Shown: positions 18,583-30,383, counted from the first letter of the stretch. The stretch: 64,000 bases of DNA from Halorussus marinus (GCF_004765795.1 NZ_SBIV01000002.1:372001-436000), one strand, 5' to 3'. Numbers and translations: made by a program. Notes: generated from the letters alone by a model not told the origin.

Positions 18583-19815
18583 CTATCCGCGCAGGGTGCC
18601 GACGCCGATGAGCCGCCAGCGTGCGCCGATCCGGCGGTTGATGGCGATCTTGGCCCCCTCGGGCGCGCAGACGGGGCGCTTCAGCGCGACCTCGCACTCG
18701 CCCTCGCGGGCGCTGGTCACAGAGCCGACCGTGGTCGCGGTGCCGACGGTGAGCATCAGCGGCTCGCCCGTCGAGATCTCCTCGACGTCCTCGTCGTCGA
18801 CGCCAACGAGGCGTTCGAGCAGATCGACCTCCATCGTGAACTGGCGCCACGTCGGCGGGAGCGACCCCGGCGGGCCGGCGAGCTGGCCCGCCAGCGCGTC
18901 GCCCTTGGTGAGGCTGGGGTCGAGGCCGGTGCCGACGCCGAGCAGGCCGCCGGGCGTCACTTCGTCGACGGTGTCGCCGCCCGCCTGAAGCGAGCGCACC
19001 TCTGTCTGGATGGGCTGCCACTCGGTCTGGCCGCCCTCCTCGACTTCCCTGCCGGGCCGGAGTTCGATCTCGTCGCCGTTCGACAGCCGGCCTTCGACCA
19101 GACTGCCGCCGAGCACGCCGCCGACCAGCCCGTCCCACGACGTGCCGGGACGGTTGATGTCGAAGCTCCGGGCGACGTACATCCGGGCGTCCCGATCCGG
19201 ATCGCGGTCGGGCGTCGGGATCTCCTCCTCGACGGCGTCGATGAGGAGGTCGATGTTGACCTCCTGTTGGGCCGAGATAGGCACGACCGGCGCGTCCTCG
19301 GCGACGGTGCCCTCGACGAACTCCTGGATCTCCCGGTAGTTCTGCTCGGCCTGCTCGCGGTCGACGAGGTCGACCTTGTTCTGGGCGATGACGATGTTGT
19401 CGATCCCGATGATGTCGAGCGCCATCAGGTGTTCTTCGGTCTGGGCCTGCGGGACCGGCTCGCTCGCGCTCACCACGAGCACCGCGCCGTCCATGATGGC
19501 CGCGCCAGAGAGCATCGTCGCCATTAGCGTCTCGTGGCCCGGCGCGTCGACGAACGACACCGTTCGGACCGGTTCGCTCTCGCTGCCATCCGGGCAGGTC
19601 TCATCGACCGTGTAGCACTCCGGAGCGTCCATGCCGGGACACTGCCGGAACGTGGCGTCTGCGTACCCGAGCCGGATGGAGATACCACGTTTCATCTCCT
19701 CGGAATGCTGGTCCGTCCACTCGCCGGAAAGCGCCTGCACGAGCGTCGTCTTTCCGTGGTCTACGTGGCCGACCAGCCCGATATTCACCTCCGGTTGGGC
19801 GTATGTTCCTGTCAA
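18583..19815 (-). CDS. eif2g: Translation initiation factor 2 subunit gamma (TTG start)
   Basis: [48 protein letters not shown] 5 nt before the TTG. Confidence 0.97.
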   Translation of the reverse strand: MTGTYAQPEVNIGLVGHVDHGKTTLVQALSGEWTDQHSEEMKRGISIRLGYADATFRQCPGMDAPECYTVDETCPDGSESEPVRTVSFVDAPGHETLMATMLSGAAIMDGAVLVVSASEPVPQAQTEEHLMALDIIGIDNIVIAQNKVDLVDREQAEQNYREIQEFVEGTVAEDAPVVPISAQQEVNIDLLIDAVEEEIPTPDRDPDRDARMYVARSFDINRPGTSWDGLVGGVLGGSLVEGRLSNGDEIELRPGREVEEGGQTEWQPIQTEVRSLQAGGDTVDEVTPGGLLGVGTGLDPSLTKGDALAGQLAGPPGSLPPTWRQFTMEVDLLERLVGVDDEDVEEISTGEPLMLTVGTATTVGSVTSAREGECEVALKRPVCAPEGAKIAINRRIGARWRLIGVGTLRG

Positions 19816-20034
19816 CGTTGACCTCCTGAAGTAATTCTACTGGAAGATTCGCCCCGAACGACTGATAAACCTACTGTTCTGGTTCGCCCGGTCGCGTCGG
19901 GGCGAGACCAGTGGTACCGAAGTGCGCGCGTCGTCGGTCGGGGTCGCTCCCGATCGAGCGGCCATACCCATAATATATTTTACAAAAGAGAGCTAAAGCG
20001 AACGTTTTAGCCCCAAGCGGTCGTTGGCCGACGT

Positions 20035-20961
20035 ATGAGCGAGACGAGCGGGCCGAACGCGACCATCAACGACTGCGAGGACTGCGTGGCCCCCGCCGAG
20101 GCGTTCTCGGTCATCGCCAACGAAACGCGGCTCTCGATCCTGGAGGCGCTCTGGAAGGCCCCCGAGCGCCCGGTGAGCTTCTCGGAGTTGCGCCGGGAGG
20201 TCGACATGCGCGACAGCGCGCAGTTCAACTACCACCTCAAACAGCTCACCGACCACTTCGTCGCGAGCACCGACGACGGCTACGAGTTCCGGCAGGCGGG
20301 CAAGAAGGTCGTCCGCGCGGTGCTCGCCGGGACCTTCAACGAGCACCCCGAGATGGGGCCGTTCGAGACCGACAGCACCTGCGCGGCCTGCGGGGCCGCC
20401 CTCCACGCCTACTACGCCGACGAGATGCTGGCCATCGCGTGTAGCGAGTGCGAGAAGAACCACGGAGAGTATCCGTTCCCGCCCGGCGGACTCAACGACC
20501 GGACCCGCGAGGAGATCCTCGACGCGTTCAATCAGCGCGTCCGCCACCTCCACTGTCTGGCGGCCGACGGGGTCTGCCCCGAGTGTAACGGCCGGATGCG
20601 GACCGCAGTCACCCACGACGACGAGGACTACCTCGGGCTGGAGGTCCGGGTCGACCACGAGTGCGAGCAGTGTCGCCACCGGCTCTACTCGGCGGTGGGC
20701 CTCTCGCTACTCGACCAGTCGGACGTGGTAACGTTCCACCGCGACCACGGCGTCGACCTCTGTACGAAGCCCTACTGGGACCTGCCGTGGTGTGTCAGCG
20801 ACGAGTACACCACCGTCCGCTCGGAGGATCCGTGGCGGATCCGGATCGAGATCCCGCTCGACGACGAGGTGCTGGCGGTGACTCTCGACGGCGAACTCGA
20901 CGTGCTCGAGATGGAGCGCGAGACCGCGCCGTCGGCCGCCGAGGACGCGACGGCGACCTGA
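20035..20961 (+). CDS. ArsR-like winged-helix regulator with C-terminal zinc-ribbon repeats
   Basis: AFSVIANETRLSIL..SFSELR..DSAQFNYHLKQL; four CxxC pairs. Confidence 0.85.
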   Translation: MSETSGPNATINDCEDCVAPAEAFSVIANETRLSILEALWKAPERPVSFSELRREVDMRDSAQFNYHLKQLTDHFVASTDDGYEFRQAGKKVVRAVLAGTFNEHPEMGPFETDSTCAACGAALHAYYADEMLAIACSECEKNHGEYPFPPGGLNDRTREEILDAFNQRVRHLHCLAADGVCPECNGRMRTAVTHDDEDYLGLEVRVDHECEQCRHRLYSAVGLSLLDQSDVVTFHRDHGVDLCTKPYWDLPWCVSDEYTTVRSEDPWRIRIEIPLDDEVLAVTLDGELDVLEMERETAPSAAEDATAT

Positions 20962-21045
20962 CGGACCGCACGCGACCGAGCCCGGACGCGACGAGCCGAT
21001 CCCGACCGGCGATTAGCTTTTGTTTCCGGCGTCCGGAGCGAGAGT

Positions 21046-22008
21046 GTGCGAGAGTTCCCCTTCGAGTTGGCGCTGTGCGCTCACCTCGAAGCGACCGAGG
21101 AGTGGGTCGTCGGCCGCCAGATCGGCGGCGGGGTCCGCGCGCCGGGCAACCGCATCCTCGACGTGGTCTGCGTCGAGCCCGGCCCGGAGATGGACGCCCG
21201 CGCGGCGCTGACTCCCGAGGCGATCCCCGACGCCGCCGTCGAGAGCGACGCGAGCGTCGGGCGGGCCCGCGACCCCGTCGAGGCGTTCGACTGCTCGCCC
21301 GAGCACGCCAGACGGGTCGCCGACCGGGCGGTCGAGATCGGGTTCTTCGAGCGCGCGCTCGGCGGCGGCGTCCGGCAGGTCGCGCGCTACCCCGACGACT
21401 GGTTCGGGCGGCTCGTCGGCGTCGAGAACAAGCCCGACCTCGACGCGCCCGGCGACCTGTTGACACAGCTCCGGAAGGACGCGAGCCTCGCGGTGGTCGA
21501 CAAAGCGGTGCTCGCGACCGAGAGCTACGTCACCGGCGCCCACCTCAACCGGCTCCCCGACCCGGTCGGCGTCTGGCGGTTCGACCCCGAAACCGGCGAC
21601 CGGGAGGTCGTCCGCGAGCCCGAGCCCCTGCCCGCCTCGGAGGGCGGCGTCGAGGTGCTCGACGAACACCCGCTCCGGACCGACGTCGCGCCCGTCTCGG
21701 CCGACGAGAAGGCCCGTCGGCGCCGGCGGATGGCCGAGCGGGCCTACGGGAAGGGGTGGCGGACCTACGAGTTTCCCGCCTGCGCGCGGGCCGAGATCGC
21801 GGCCCGCGAGGGCGCCGACGGCCTGCCGTTCTGCGAGTGGAAAGGCGGCGTGGTCAACCCCGCCGAGTGCGGACCGTCGTGTCCCGGCCACGAGGCCGCC
21901 GACCCGCCGGACGTCGACCTCGACGCCGCCCGCGACGGTCGGACGCCGTGGGTCGCCGATCCCGAAGGGCGGGCGCGCCGACAGTCGGGACTCGACCGGT
22001 TCTGCTGA
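21046..22008 (+). CDS. Conserved haloarchaeal protein (DUF5787-like)
   Basis: EFPFELALCAHLE, ENKPDL, AERAYGKGWR, Cys-rich C-terminus; GTG start. Confidence 0.75.
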   Translation: MREFPFELALCAHLEATEEWVVGRQIGGGVRAPGNRILDVVCVEPGPEMDARAALTPEAIPDAAVESDASVGRARDPVEAFDCSPEHARRVADRAVEIGFFERALGGGVRQVARYPDDWFGRLVGVENKPDLDAPGDLLTQLRKDASLAVVDKAVLATESYVTGAHLNRLPDPVGVWRFDPETGDREVVREPEPLPASEGGVEVLDEHPLRTDVAPVSADEKARRRRRMAERAYGKGWRTYEFPACARAEIAAREGADGLPFCEWKGGVVNPAECGPSCPGHEAADPPDVDLDAARDGRTPWVADPEGRARRQSGLDRFC

Positions 22009-22052
22009 CCGGAGACCCGAAATACTTCAACCGCCGGGCCGAACGCTCGGAC

Positions 22053-22697
22053 ATGTACGACAGGATCCTCGTTCCGACCGACGGTACCGAACAGCGCCCG
22101 GTGACGACCCACGCGCTCAACGTCGCCGAGCTCGCGGACGCCGAGGTCCACGCCCTCTACGTTGTCGACGAGAAGGCGCTGAACTACCAGCCCTCCGAGG
22201 CGGGCCGGGCCGAGACCCGCGAGGCCCGACGCGAGGAGGGCGAGGAGGCGACCGCGCGAATCGCCGAGGAGGCCGAGGAGCGCGGCGTCGACGTCGTCAC
22301 AGCGATCGAGGAGGGGAATCCGAAGACCGTCATCGGCGCGTACGCCGAGGACCGCGACGCCGACATGATCGTGATGGGGACCCGCGGGCGGTCGGGCGTC
22401 GACCGGTACGTCCTCGGGAGCGTGACCGAGGAGGTCGTCCGGGCCAGCGAGGTGCCGGTGCTGACGGTCAATCTCGCGCGTCAGGGCCGGGCGATCGGGG
22501 ACGCCGATGCCGCCGTCGAGCGCGCCGGCGACGTGCTCGCCGACGAGGGCCACGAGGTCGCCGAGATCCCCGAGGATCCCTACCGGGAGAGCAACACCTG
22601 GATCGTGCGGGCCCGAACCGAAGACGACGAGACGTTCAACGTCCACATCGACGCCGCCTCGGGCGAGGCGCGCGTCGCCAGCATCGGGCGGGACTGA
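22053..22697 (+). CDS. Universal stress protein with C-terminal extension
   Basis: MYDRILVPTDG; DMIVMGTRGRSGVDRYVLGSVTEEVVR..PVLTV. Confidence 0.92.
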   Translation: MYDRILVPTDGTEQRPVTTHALNVAELADAEVHALYVVDEKALNYQPSEAGRAETREARREEGEEATARIAEEAEERGVDVVTAIEEGNPKTVIGAYAEDRDADMIVMGTRGRSGVDRYVLGSVTEEVVRASEVPVLTVNLARQGRAIGDADAAVERAGDVLADEGHEVAEIPEDPYRESNTWIVRARTEDDETFNVHIDAASGEARVASIGRD

Positions 22698-22752
22698 CCG
22701 TCGCGACCGAGAGAGCACGAACTACTTGACGCTGGCCCGAAAACGGCCGACC

Positions 22753-23358
22753 ATGGCCGCCGGAGTCGTCGTCGCCGGGGGGCGCTCGACCCGATTCGGC
22801 GAGCCCGACAAGGCGCTTGCCGACCTCGCGGGCGTCCCGATGGTGCGCCGAGTCGCCGACCGCATCGCGCCCGCGATCGACGCGCTCGTGCTCAACTGCC
22901 GGGCCGACCAGCGCGAGGGGCTGGCCGACGCGCTGGCGGGCTACGACCACCCGGTGTCGTTCGCGGTCGACCCGGAGCCCGATCGGGGGCCGATGGCGGG
23001 GATTCGGACGGGGCTCCGGGCCGCCGAGTCGGAGTACGCCGCGGTGGTCGCCTGCGACATGCCGTTCGTCGACCCCGCGCTCGTCGCCCACCTCTTCGAG
23101 CGGGCGGCGGGCCGCGACGGGGCGGTACCGCGTCTCGACGGCTACTTCGAGCCGATCCACGCGGTCTACCGGGCCGACGCGATGGCGGCCGCCTGCGATC
23201 GGGCGCTCGAACGCGGGGACCGCCGGATCGTCGCGCCGTTCGAGGACCTCGAGATCGCCGCGGTCGAGGGCGAGGAGCTCGCACGGTTCGCCGGCGACTC
23301 CTTCGAGAACGTCAACACACGAGAAGCGCTCGCCGACGCCGCCGAACGGGTCGAGTGA
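22753..23358 (+). CDS. mobA: Molybdenum cofactor guanylyltransferase
   Basis: VVAGGRSTRFG..DKAL; GPMAGI; ACDMPF; EPIHAVY; NVNT. Confidence 0.92.
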   Translation: MAAGVVVAGGRSTRFGEPDKALADLAGVPMVRRVADRIAPAIDALVLNCRADQREGLADALAGYDHPVSFAVDPEPDRGPMAGIRTGLRAAESEYAAVVACDMPFVDPALVAHLFERAAGRDGAVPRLDGYFEPIHAVYRADAMAAACDRALERGDRRIVAPFEDLEIAAVEGEELARFAGDSFENVNTREALADAAERVE

Positions 23359-23412
23359 TCGACCGAGCCGGAGGGCGAAGCTTCAAAAGCGACACCGTCG
23401 ATACGGGAACCC

Positions 23413-24840
23413 ATGCACACGTTCTCGCGGCGGTGGGTCCTCACCGTCACGGTGCTGTGTTGTCTCTCGACCGCGATTCCGCCCGCGGTCGCCGGGGGGA
23501 GCGGGGCCGAGATCGGAACCCGGGCCGGCCAGCCCGCGCCCGACGACCCCTGCGTCGGCACCGTCACCGAGCCCGCGAACGGTACGACCGTCGTCAGCGT
23601 CCAGGGGATGCGCTTTGGCTCCGAGGGCGGCAAGCGGCCCGCCAAGCTCGTCGGCGTCGGACCGCGGGGCGAGATCCGGTGGGTCCACCAGAGCGCCGAG
23701 GAGCTCGACGCGGTGTGGGGCTACGACGTCGACCCGATGGCGAACGGACACGTCTTCGTGACCGCCACCGTCCGGGGCCACGAGACCGTCGTCTACGAGT
23801 TCGACCCCGCCGCCCAACAGCGAGTCTGGACCGAGCGATTCGACCTCGCCGACACCCACGACGCCGACCTGATCGAGGGCGGCGAGGAGATTCTGGTCGC
23901 CAACATGCGCAATTACAACGAGACGACCGACGAGAACGAGGACCGCATCTTCGTCTACAACCGCACGACCGAGGAGATCGAGTGGGAGTGGCACTTCGAC
24001 GACCACTACGATCGGGACGACGTCGCGGAGAACTACACCGACGACTGGACCCACGTAAACGACGTCGACGAGGTCGGCGAGGGGCTGTATCTGGCCTCGC
24101 CGCGGAACTTCGATCAGGCGATCGTCGTGAACCGCTCGACCGGCGAGATCGAGCTGAAGCTGGGCGCCGACCAGAACCACGACGTGCTCGACGAACAGCA
24201 CAACCCCGACTACCTCGAAAGCGAGAACGGGACGCCCACGCTACTGGTCGGCGACAGCGAGAACGACCGGATCGTCGAGTACGCCAACCGCGGTCGGGAC
24301 CCGACCGACGGCGACGGCTGGACCCGGACGTGGAGCCTGACCGGCGACCTGAACTGGCCGCGGGACGCCGACCGGCTCGCCGACGGCGACACGCTCGTGA
24401 CCGACTCGGCGAGCCACCGGGTCGCGGAGGTGACCCCCGAGGGCGAGGTCGTCTGGGAGTTCTACGCGCCGTGGCTGATCTACGACGCCGCGCGCCTGAG
24501 CCAGACCAACGAGAGCGGCGGCCCGACGATGGCCGATCTGAACGCGACGGGCGCCCGCGAGATCGACGGCGGCGAGGGGCGCCACGAGAACGCCAGCGCG
24601 CTCGAAGCCTGCCACCGGCGGCTCGAAAACGTGACCGGGTGGGCCGAGGACCAGACGCCGACCGAAACCGACGCTCGGACCACCGAGAGCGCGCTCGACG
24701 AGGCCGACGCCGACGCCCGGACCGCCGAGAGCGAGACCGAGGGCGCGACGAGCTCGGTCCCCGGGTTCGGTCCGGTCGCCGCGCTTTCGGGCGTCGCGAC
24801 CGCGCTCGCGCTCGCCGTCGGGCGGCGTCGAGGCCGGTAG
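23413..24840 (+). CDS. Secreted arylsulfotransferase-like beta-propeller with PGF-CTERM anchor
   Basis: Signal peptide; THDAD, DWTHVND, EQHNPDY, WPRDADRL motifs; C-terminal VPGFG-TM-RRR. Confidence 0.82.
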   Translation: MHTFSRRWVLTVTVLCCLSTAIPPAVAGGSGAEIGTRAGQPAPDDPCVGTVTEPANGTTVVSVQGMRFGSEGGKRPAKLVGVGPRGEIRWVHQSAEELDAVWGYDVDPMANGHVFVTATVRGHETVVYEFDPAAQQRVWTERFDLADTHDADLIEGGEEILVANMRNYNETTDENEDRIFVYNRTTEEIEWEWHFDDHYDRDDVAENYTDDWTHVNDVDEVGEGLYLASPRNFDQAIVVNRSTGEIELKLGADQNHDVLDEQHNPDYLESENGTPTLLVGDSENDRIVEYANRGRDPTDGDGWTRTWSLTGDLNWPRDADRLADGDTLVTDSASHRVAEVTPEGEVVWEFYAPWLIYDAARLSQTNESGGPTMADLNATGAREIDGGEGRHENASALEACHRRLENVTGWAEDQTPTETDARTTESALDEADADARTAESETEGATSSVPGFGPVAALSGVATALALAVGRRRGR

Positions 24841-24859
24841 CGCTCGCAGGCCCGAGCCC

Positions 24860-25735
24860 TCAGAGCCGATAGCGCTCGCCGTCGACCGCCAGGGGCTCCT
24901 CGAACGCCTCCTCGACCGGGTAGTAGTGGGCGAGGTGGACCAGCCGCGTCTCCGCGGCGTCGAGTTCGTCGGCCAGCGCGAGCGCTCCCTCGCGGGTCAT
25001 GTGTTTGGTGCCGAACGTTCGGGGGACGCCGTCGGGGCCGTGGTGGTCGCCGCCGGCGGGGTGGTGCTCGCAGAGGTCGGCGGGCACGATGGCGTCGGCG
25101 AGCAGGAGGTCGGCGCCCGCCAGCGCCTCCCGGGACCGTTCGGGGATCCCGTAGCTCGTGTCGCCGGTCAGCGAGAGCGTCGCACCCGTTTCGGGGTCCT
25201 CGACGACGACGCCGTAGCAGACCAGCGGCGGGTGGTCGACCGGCACCAGTCGGACCTCGAAACCGCAGGCCGCGAAGACCTCGTGGGGCGCGTGATCCGA
25301 CACCGTCACCCGGTCGAGGTAGTCGTACTTGTCTCGGATCGTGTCGGCGACGCTCTCGCCGGTGACGGGGTCGACCTCGCTGGCGGCGTGGACCGGCAGG
25401 TCCTCGAACAGCCGGTAGGCGTTGCCCAGCCCGTCGAGGTGGTCGAAGTGGATGTGGGTGATCAGCGCCTCGTCGGGGAGCGCGACGTCGCGGTGGAGAA
25501 ACTGGTGGCGAAAGTCGGGACTCAGATCGATCAGTAGGCACTCGTCGGTGCGCTCGTTGCGGACGTGGACCGAGAAGCGCGAGCGCTCGACGCCGCCGCT
25601 GGCGTCGATTCCGCGCTCGCGAAGTCGGCGACGCGTGTCGTCGCCCGGATCGCGGGCCGCCTCGCAGGTGTCGCAGTCACACCCCGGCGTTGGGGTGCCG
25701 GTCGTGTCGCCGGTGCCGAGTAGCGTGACTTCCAT
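24860..25735 (-). CDS. MBL-fold metallo-hydrolase (PhnP-like)
   Basis: LLGTG..GTP.PGCDCDTC; THIHFDHLDGL; VHLAH. Confidence 0.9.
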   Translation of the reverse strand: MEVTLLGTGDTTGTPTPGCDCDTCEAARDPGDDTRRRLRERGIDASGGVERSRFSVHVRNERTDECLLIDLSPDFRHQFLHRDVALPDEALITHIHFDHLDGLGNAYRLFEDLPVHAASEVDPVTGESVADTIRDKYDYLDRVTVSDHAPHEVFAACGFEVRLVPVDHPPLVCYGVVVEDPETGATLSLTGDTSYGIPERSREALAGADLLLADAIVPADLCEHHPAGGDHHGPDGVPRTFGTKHMTREGALALADELDAAETRLVHLAHYYPVEEAFEEPLAVDGERYRL

Positions 25736-25814
25736 CTGCCCGGGGGTATGAGCGTCGAATACAAAGCTTCCCGGGACGGGGCCGCGTCGGTCCGGTCCGT
25801 CGGCGGCGGGCCGT

Positions 25815-27197
25815 TCAGTGGTCGTGGCTGTGCCCGCCGTCGGCGCTCGCGCCGCCGGAGATGTCCCCGCCAGCGACCAGCGCGTCGTGGTCGCCCTCGA
25901 TCATGTCGAGGTCCTTGAGGTTGTCTCGCTCCTCGAAGTCGATGACGGCGTCGAGAAAGTCCTCTTGGGTGAGCTCGGTCCGCTCCTCGGTCAGCGCGTC
26001 GAGGACGGCCTCCCGGAGCACCATCCGGAGGTCGCTACCGGTCAGCCCCTCAGTCTCCTCGGCCAGCGCCGCGGGGTCGAAGTCCGCGATCTCCATCGGC
26101 CGGGTGATGAGCCGGAGGATGTCGGCGCGCATCTCCACGTCGGGCTTGGGGAAGTTGACGATCTCGTCGAAGCGCCGCCACGCCGCGGCGTCGAGCTGGT
26201 CGGGGTGGTTGGTCGCGCCGATCAGCAACACGTCGTCCTGGATCAGGCTGATGTCGTCGATGGACTTGAGCAGGGTGTTGACCGCGCGCTTGATCGCGGC
26301 GTGCTCGTCGGACGACCGGGTCTTGGCGACGAAGTCGAACTCGTCCATGAACAGGATACAGGGCGAGAGCCGCTTTGCGACCTCGAACACCTTCTCGACG
26401 TTCTTTGCGGTCTCGCCGAGGTACTGGCTCGTGATCATCGAGAGCTTGACCTCCACGAAGGGGAGATCGAGGTCGTAGGCCAGCGCGCGGGCGGTCGAGG
26501 TCTTGCCGGTGCCCGGCGGGCCGACGAACAGGAGCTTGCCGATCTCCCGGAGCCCGATGTGGGCGAGGTACTCGCGGTGCTCGATGGCCTTGACGATCTT
26601 GTGGATCTCGGCCTCCTGATCGGTGGTGAGCACGAGGTCGTCGAGGGTGGTCTCGATCTCCTCGGGCGCCCGGATGTCCACGAGATCGAGCATCTCCTCT
26701 TCTTCCTCGTCGGCGAAGTACTCCGCGAGCAGGCCGTCGATCCACGCCCGGTCGGCCTGGACCGGGCGGTTGGCGTCGCGGGCGGCCTCGTAGTCGGCGC
26801 CGTCGACTTCGTCCTCGAAGGCGGCCGCCAACGCGGGGTTGTGGAGCACGCGCTCGTCGGCCCGCCCGAGGAACCACTCCTCGGCCATCTCGGGCTGGGT
26901 GAGTTCGAGCGATCCCGAGAACTCGTCGCGGTCGGTGAACATCAGCTCGGAGATCGCGCTCCAGGGGTTGTCGACGCCCGTCGCCCGGCGGGCCGTGTCG
27001 ATCGTCGCCCGGAGCGGGCGCTCGATGCCCAACGGCGAGTCGCCGTCGGTTCCGGGCCGGTCCCGGTCGGTCTCGCCGTCTGGCCAGAACACCTGTCGGT
27101 AGCGTGGGGGAAGGTCGTTTTCGTCCAACTCCCGGTCGTCGTTGTAGACGCGCGTGGTAAGCAGGAACTCGACGACGTCCAGAGCCGCGTCGCTCAT
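25815..27197 (-). CDS. AAA+ ATPase, haloarchaeal family
   Basis: GPPGTGKT Walker A, ILFMDEFD Walker B, ATNHPDQLDAAAWRRFD SRH. Confidence 0.92.
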   Translation of the reverse strand: MSDAALDVVEFLLTTRVYNDDRELDENDLPPRYRQVFWPDGETDRDRPGTDGDSPLGIERPLRATIDTARRATGVDNPWSAISELMFTDRDEFSGSLELTQPEMAEEWFLGRADERVLHNPALAAAFEDEVDGADYEAARDANRPVQADRAWIDGLLAEYFADEEEEEMLDLVDIRAPEEIETTLDDLVLTTDQEAEIHKIVKAIEHREYLAHIGLREIGKLLFVGPPGTGKTSTARALAYDLDLPFVEVKLSMITSQYLGETAKNVEKVFEVAKRLSPCILFMDEFDFVAKTRSSDEHAAIKRAVNTLLKSIDDISLIQDDVLLIGATNHPDQLDAAAWRRFDEIVNFPKPDVEMRADILRLITRPMEIADFDPAALAEETEGLTGSDLRMVLREAVLDALTEERTELTQEDFLDAVIDFEERDNLKDLDMIEGDHDALVAGGDISGGASADGGHSHDH

Positions 27198-27273
27198 TCC
27201 CCGGAGTTTTGATGCCACGGGTGCTTAAGCGCGTCGAAGCCGCCCGAACGCGGGGGAGACGGCCGCGGGCGCG

Positions 27274-29052
27274 TCAGGCCCGCGGCGCGTCCTCGTCGAC
27301 GTACACCACCACGCTACTGACGATACAGCCGCTGTCGTGGGCGAACCGCTGGACCTCGTGGCGCTCGTAGCCGTCCATGTACTGGTCGATGTCGCCCGCG
27401 TTGTCGTACTCGTCGGTGCAGGTGGCCGACTCGCCGAACGCGAAGACGATCGGGGGCTTGTCGTCCATCCCCGCGATCAGTTCGGCGCGGTCGGTGCTGT
27501 CGGTCTCGGCGCCGTATGTCTCCATGTACCACGCGAACGGCAGTCGCTCGAACCAGCCGTCGCCCGCCGGCGGCGTCTCGTGGGACTCGGGATCGGGGGC
27601 GTAAAACTCGTCGCCGTCGAAGTCGGTGTCGTCGCCGTAGTACAGCGCGTCGATACCGTCGTTGGCCTCGACCACCCGGCGTAGCTCGCCGAGCAACGGC
27701 TTCATCTCGCTCGACGACTGGGCGTACTGGACCAGCTCGTTGTCCCCGCTCTGGGCGTCGGCGAACGAGGTGCCGTAGGCGGTCGCGCCGACCTGCGCGA
27801 CGACCAGCAACACCACTAGCCCGGCGGCGGTGGCCGAGACGGCGTCCCCGTCGGTCACGCTCTCGAACCCGACGCGGGCGACCAGCGCGAGCCCGACCGC
27901 GGCCGGAATCACCAGCGGGACGACGACGTGGACCATCTCCCACGGGAAGTGGTTCGAGACGATGACGGGGTAGCCGAGGAAGCTGAATATCCCCCAGTAG
28001 GACGCGAACGCGACCGCGTCGCGGGGGCGCTCGCCCGAGTAGCGGTCGACGAGGAAGCCGACCACCGCGAACCCCACGAGCACGAGCGCGCCCGTTTCGA
28101 GCACCGGGATGAAGTCACGGATCGCCGCGAGGTACGAGTCGGTGTTCCCGCTTCCCCACTGGCCGGTGAACGCGTCCCACGACCCGAGGGTGGCCTCCTC
28201 GACCAGCGCGGGCACCAGCGTCGGATCCCGGAGCGTCTCGCCCAGCGTCGGGCTCGGGACCGCCGCTTCGCCGCGGGGCGCGTAGAAGAACACGACGACG
28301 GCCAGAAACTCCACGGCCGCGAGCGCGAAGTGGTGCCACCAGTCGGCGAGGCTCCGCGCGGTCGTCCGGACCTGCGCCCAGACGGTCCCGAGGAGGCCGG
28401 CCTCGCCGGCCCGCCGGGTGAACAGCCGGTGGTCCCACAGCAGGGCGGTCGCGCCGAGCCAGCAGACGGGGTAGACCAGCGCGTTCTCCTTGGTGGTGAC
28501 CGCCAGCGCGAACGCCGCGGTCCCCAGATAGAGGTGGCGGGCCTTCCGGGTGTCGTAGGCCCGGACGTAGAAGGCGAACGCCGCGAGCATGAACCCCGCG
28601 AGCAGCACGTCGTTGCGGTAGAACCGCGAGTAGTAGAGCACGAGCGGGTTGGCCGCAAGCACCAGCGCGTACGCGATCATCTCGGCGCTCCGGAGTCGGT
28701 CCCGAAACAGGAGGGCGGTCAGGGGCAGGAGCCCGCTGATGAGCGCGACCGGGAGCCGCATCGTGAAGTCCGAGGCGCCGAGGAGTTCGAACACCTGCGC
28801 GTCGACGATGGTCAGGAACGGCCCGTGGACGATGGGCCGATACCAGTAGACGCCCGTCTCCATGTAGCGGTACGCCCAGTAGGCGACCCGGGCCTCGTCC
28901 TGGTGGGCGACCCGGGTGCCCAGACCAACGAGTCGGATCGCCACCGCGAACAGGGCGACCGCGACGACAGCGAGTTCGGTCCGGGAGGCGTAGCCGGTCA
29001 GCGTCTCGCGGGCGGTCGCGGTCGACGGGCGCGATTCAGTCTCTGAAGCCAT
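27274..29052 (-). CDS. Membrane protein of the Agl23/TIGR03663 (GT-C/PMT-like) family
   Basis: RVAHQDEARV, YRPIVHGPFL, YYSRFYRND, TTKEN, LVQYAQ. Confidence 0.8.
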   Translation of the reverse strand: MASETESRPSTATARETLTGYASRTELAVVAVALFAVAIRLVGLGTRVAHQDEARVAYWAYRYMETGVYWYRPIVHGPFLTIVDAQVFELLGASDFTMRLPVALISGLLPLTALLFRDRLRSAEMIAYALVLAANPLVLYYSRFYRNDVLLAGFMLAAFAFYVRAYDTRKARHLYLGTAAFALAVTTKENALVYPVCWLGATALLWDHRLFTRRAGEAGLLGTVWAQVRTTARSLADWWHHFALAAVEFLAVVVFFYAPRGEAAVPSPTLGETLRDPTLVPALVEEATLGSWDAFTGQWGSGNTDSYLAAIRDFIPVLETGALVLVGFAVVGFLVDRYSGERPRDAVAFASYWGIFSFLGYPVIVSNHFPWEMVHVVVPLVIPAAVGLALVARVGFESVTDGDAVSATAAGLVVLLVVAQVGATAYGTSFADAQSGDNELVQYAQSSSEMKPLLGELRRVVEANDGIDALYYGDDTDFDGDEFYAPDPESHETPPAGDGWFERLPFAWYMETYGAETDSTDRAELIAGMDDKPPIVFAFGESATCTDEYDNAGDIDQYMDGYERHEVQRFAHDSGCIVSSVVVYVDEDAPRA

Positions 29053-29216
29053 GGATCAGCGAGCGAGACAGAGAGATCGGTCGACGCGCGCCGCGAGCGG
29101 GGAGTCTCATTACACGCTAATGCCGGGGGTTCGGACAAATAGTTTCTGGACCAACTCCTCTCGACGCGGGCGGAGTTCTACGGTCATTTATGAACGTCCG
29201 GGACGCAACGAGTAGT

Positions 29217-30359
<1,143 letters not shown>

Positions 30360-30383
30360 TACGGAGGCGATCTCGGCGACCGC

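Noticed and set aside
14392..19815. aIF2gamma to kae1/bud32 cluster, including the PIN gene as a possible toxin
   Set aside because: Well-known conserved archaeal superoperon; the PIN gene is the housekeeping member and has no antitoxin partner
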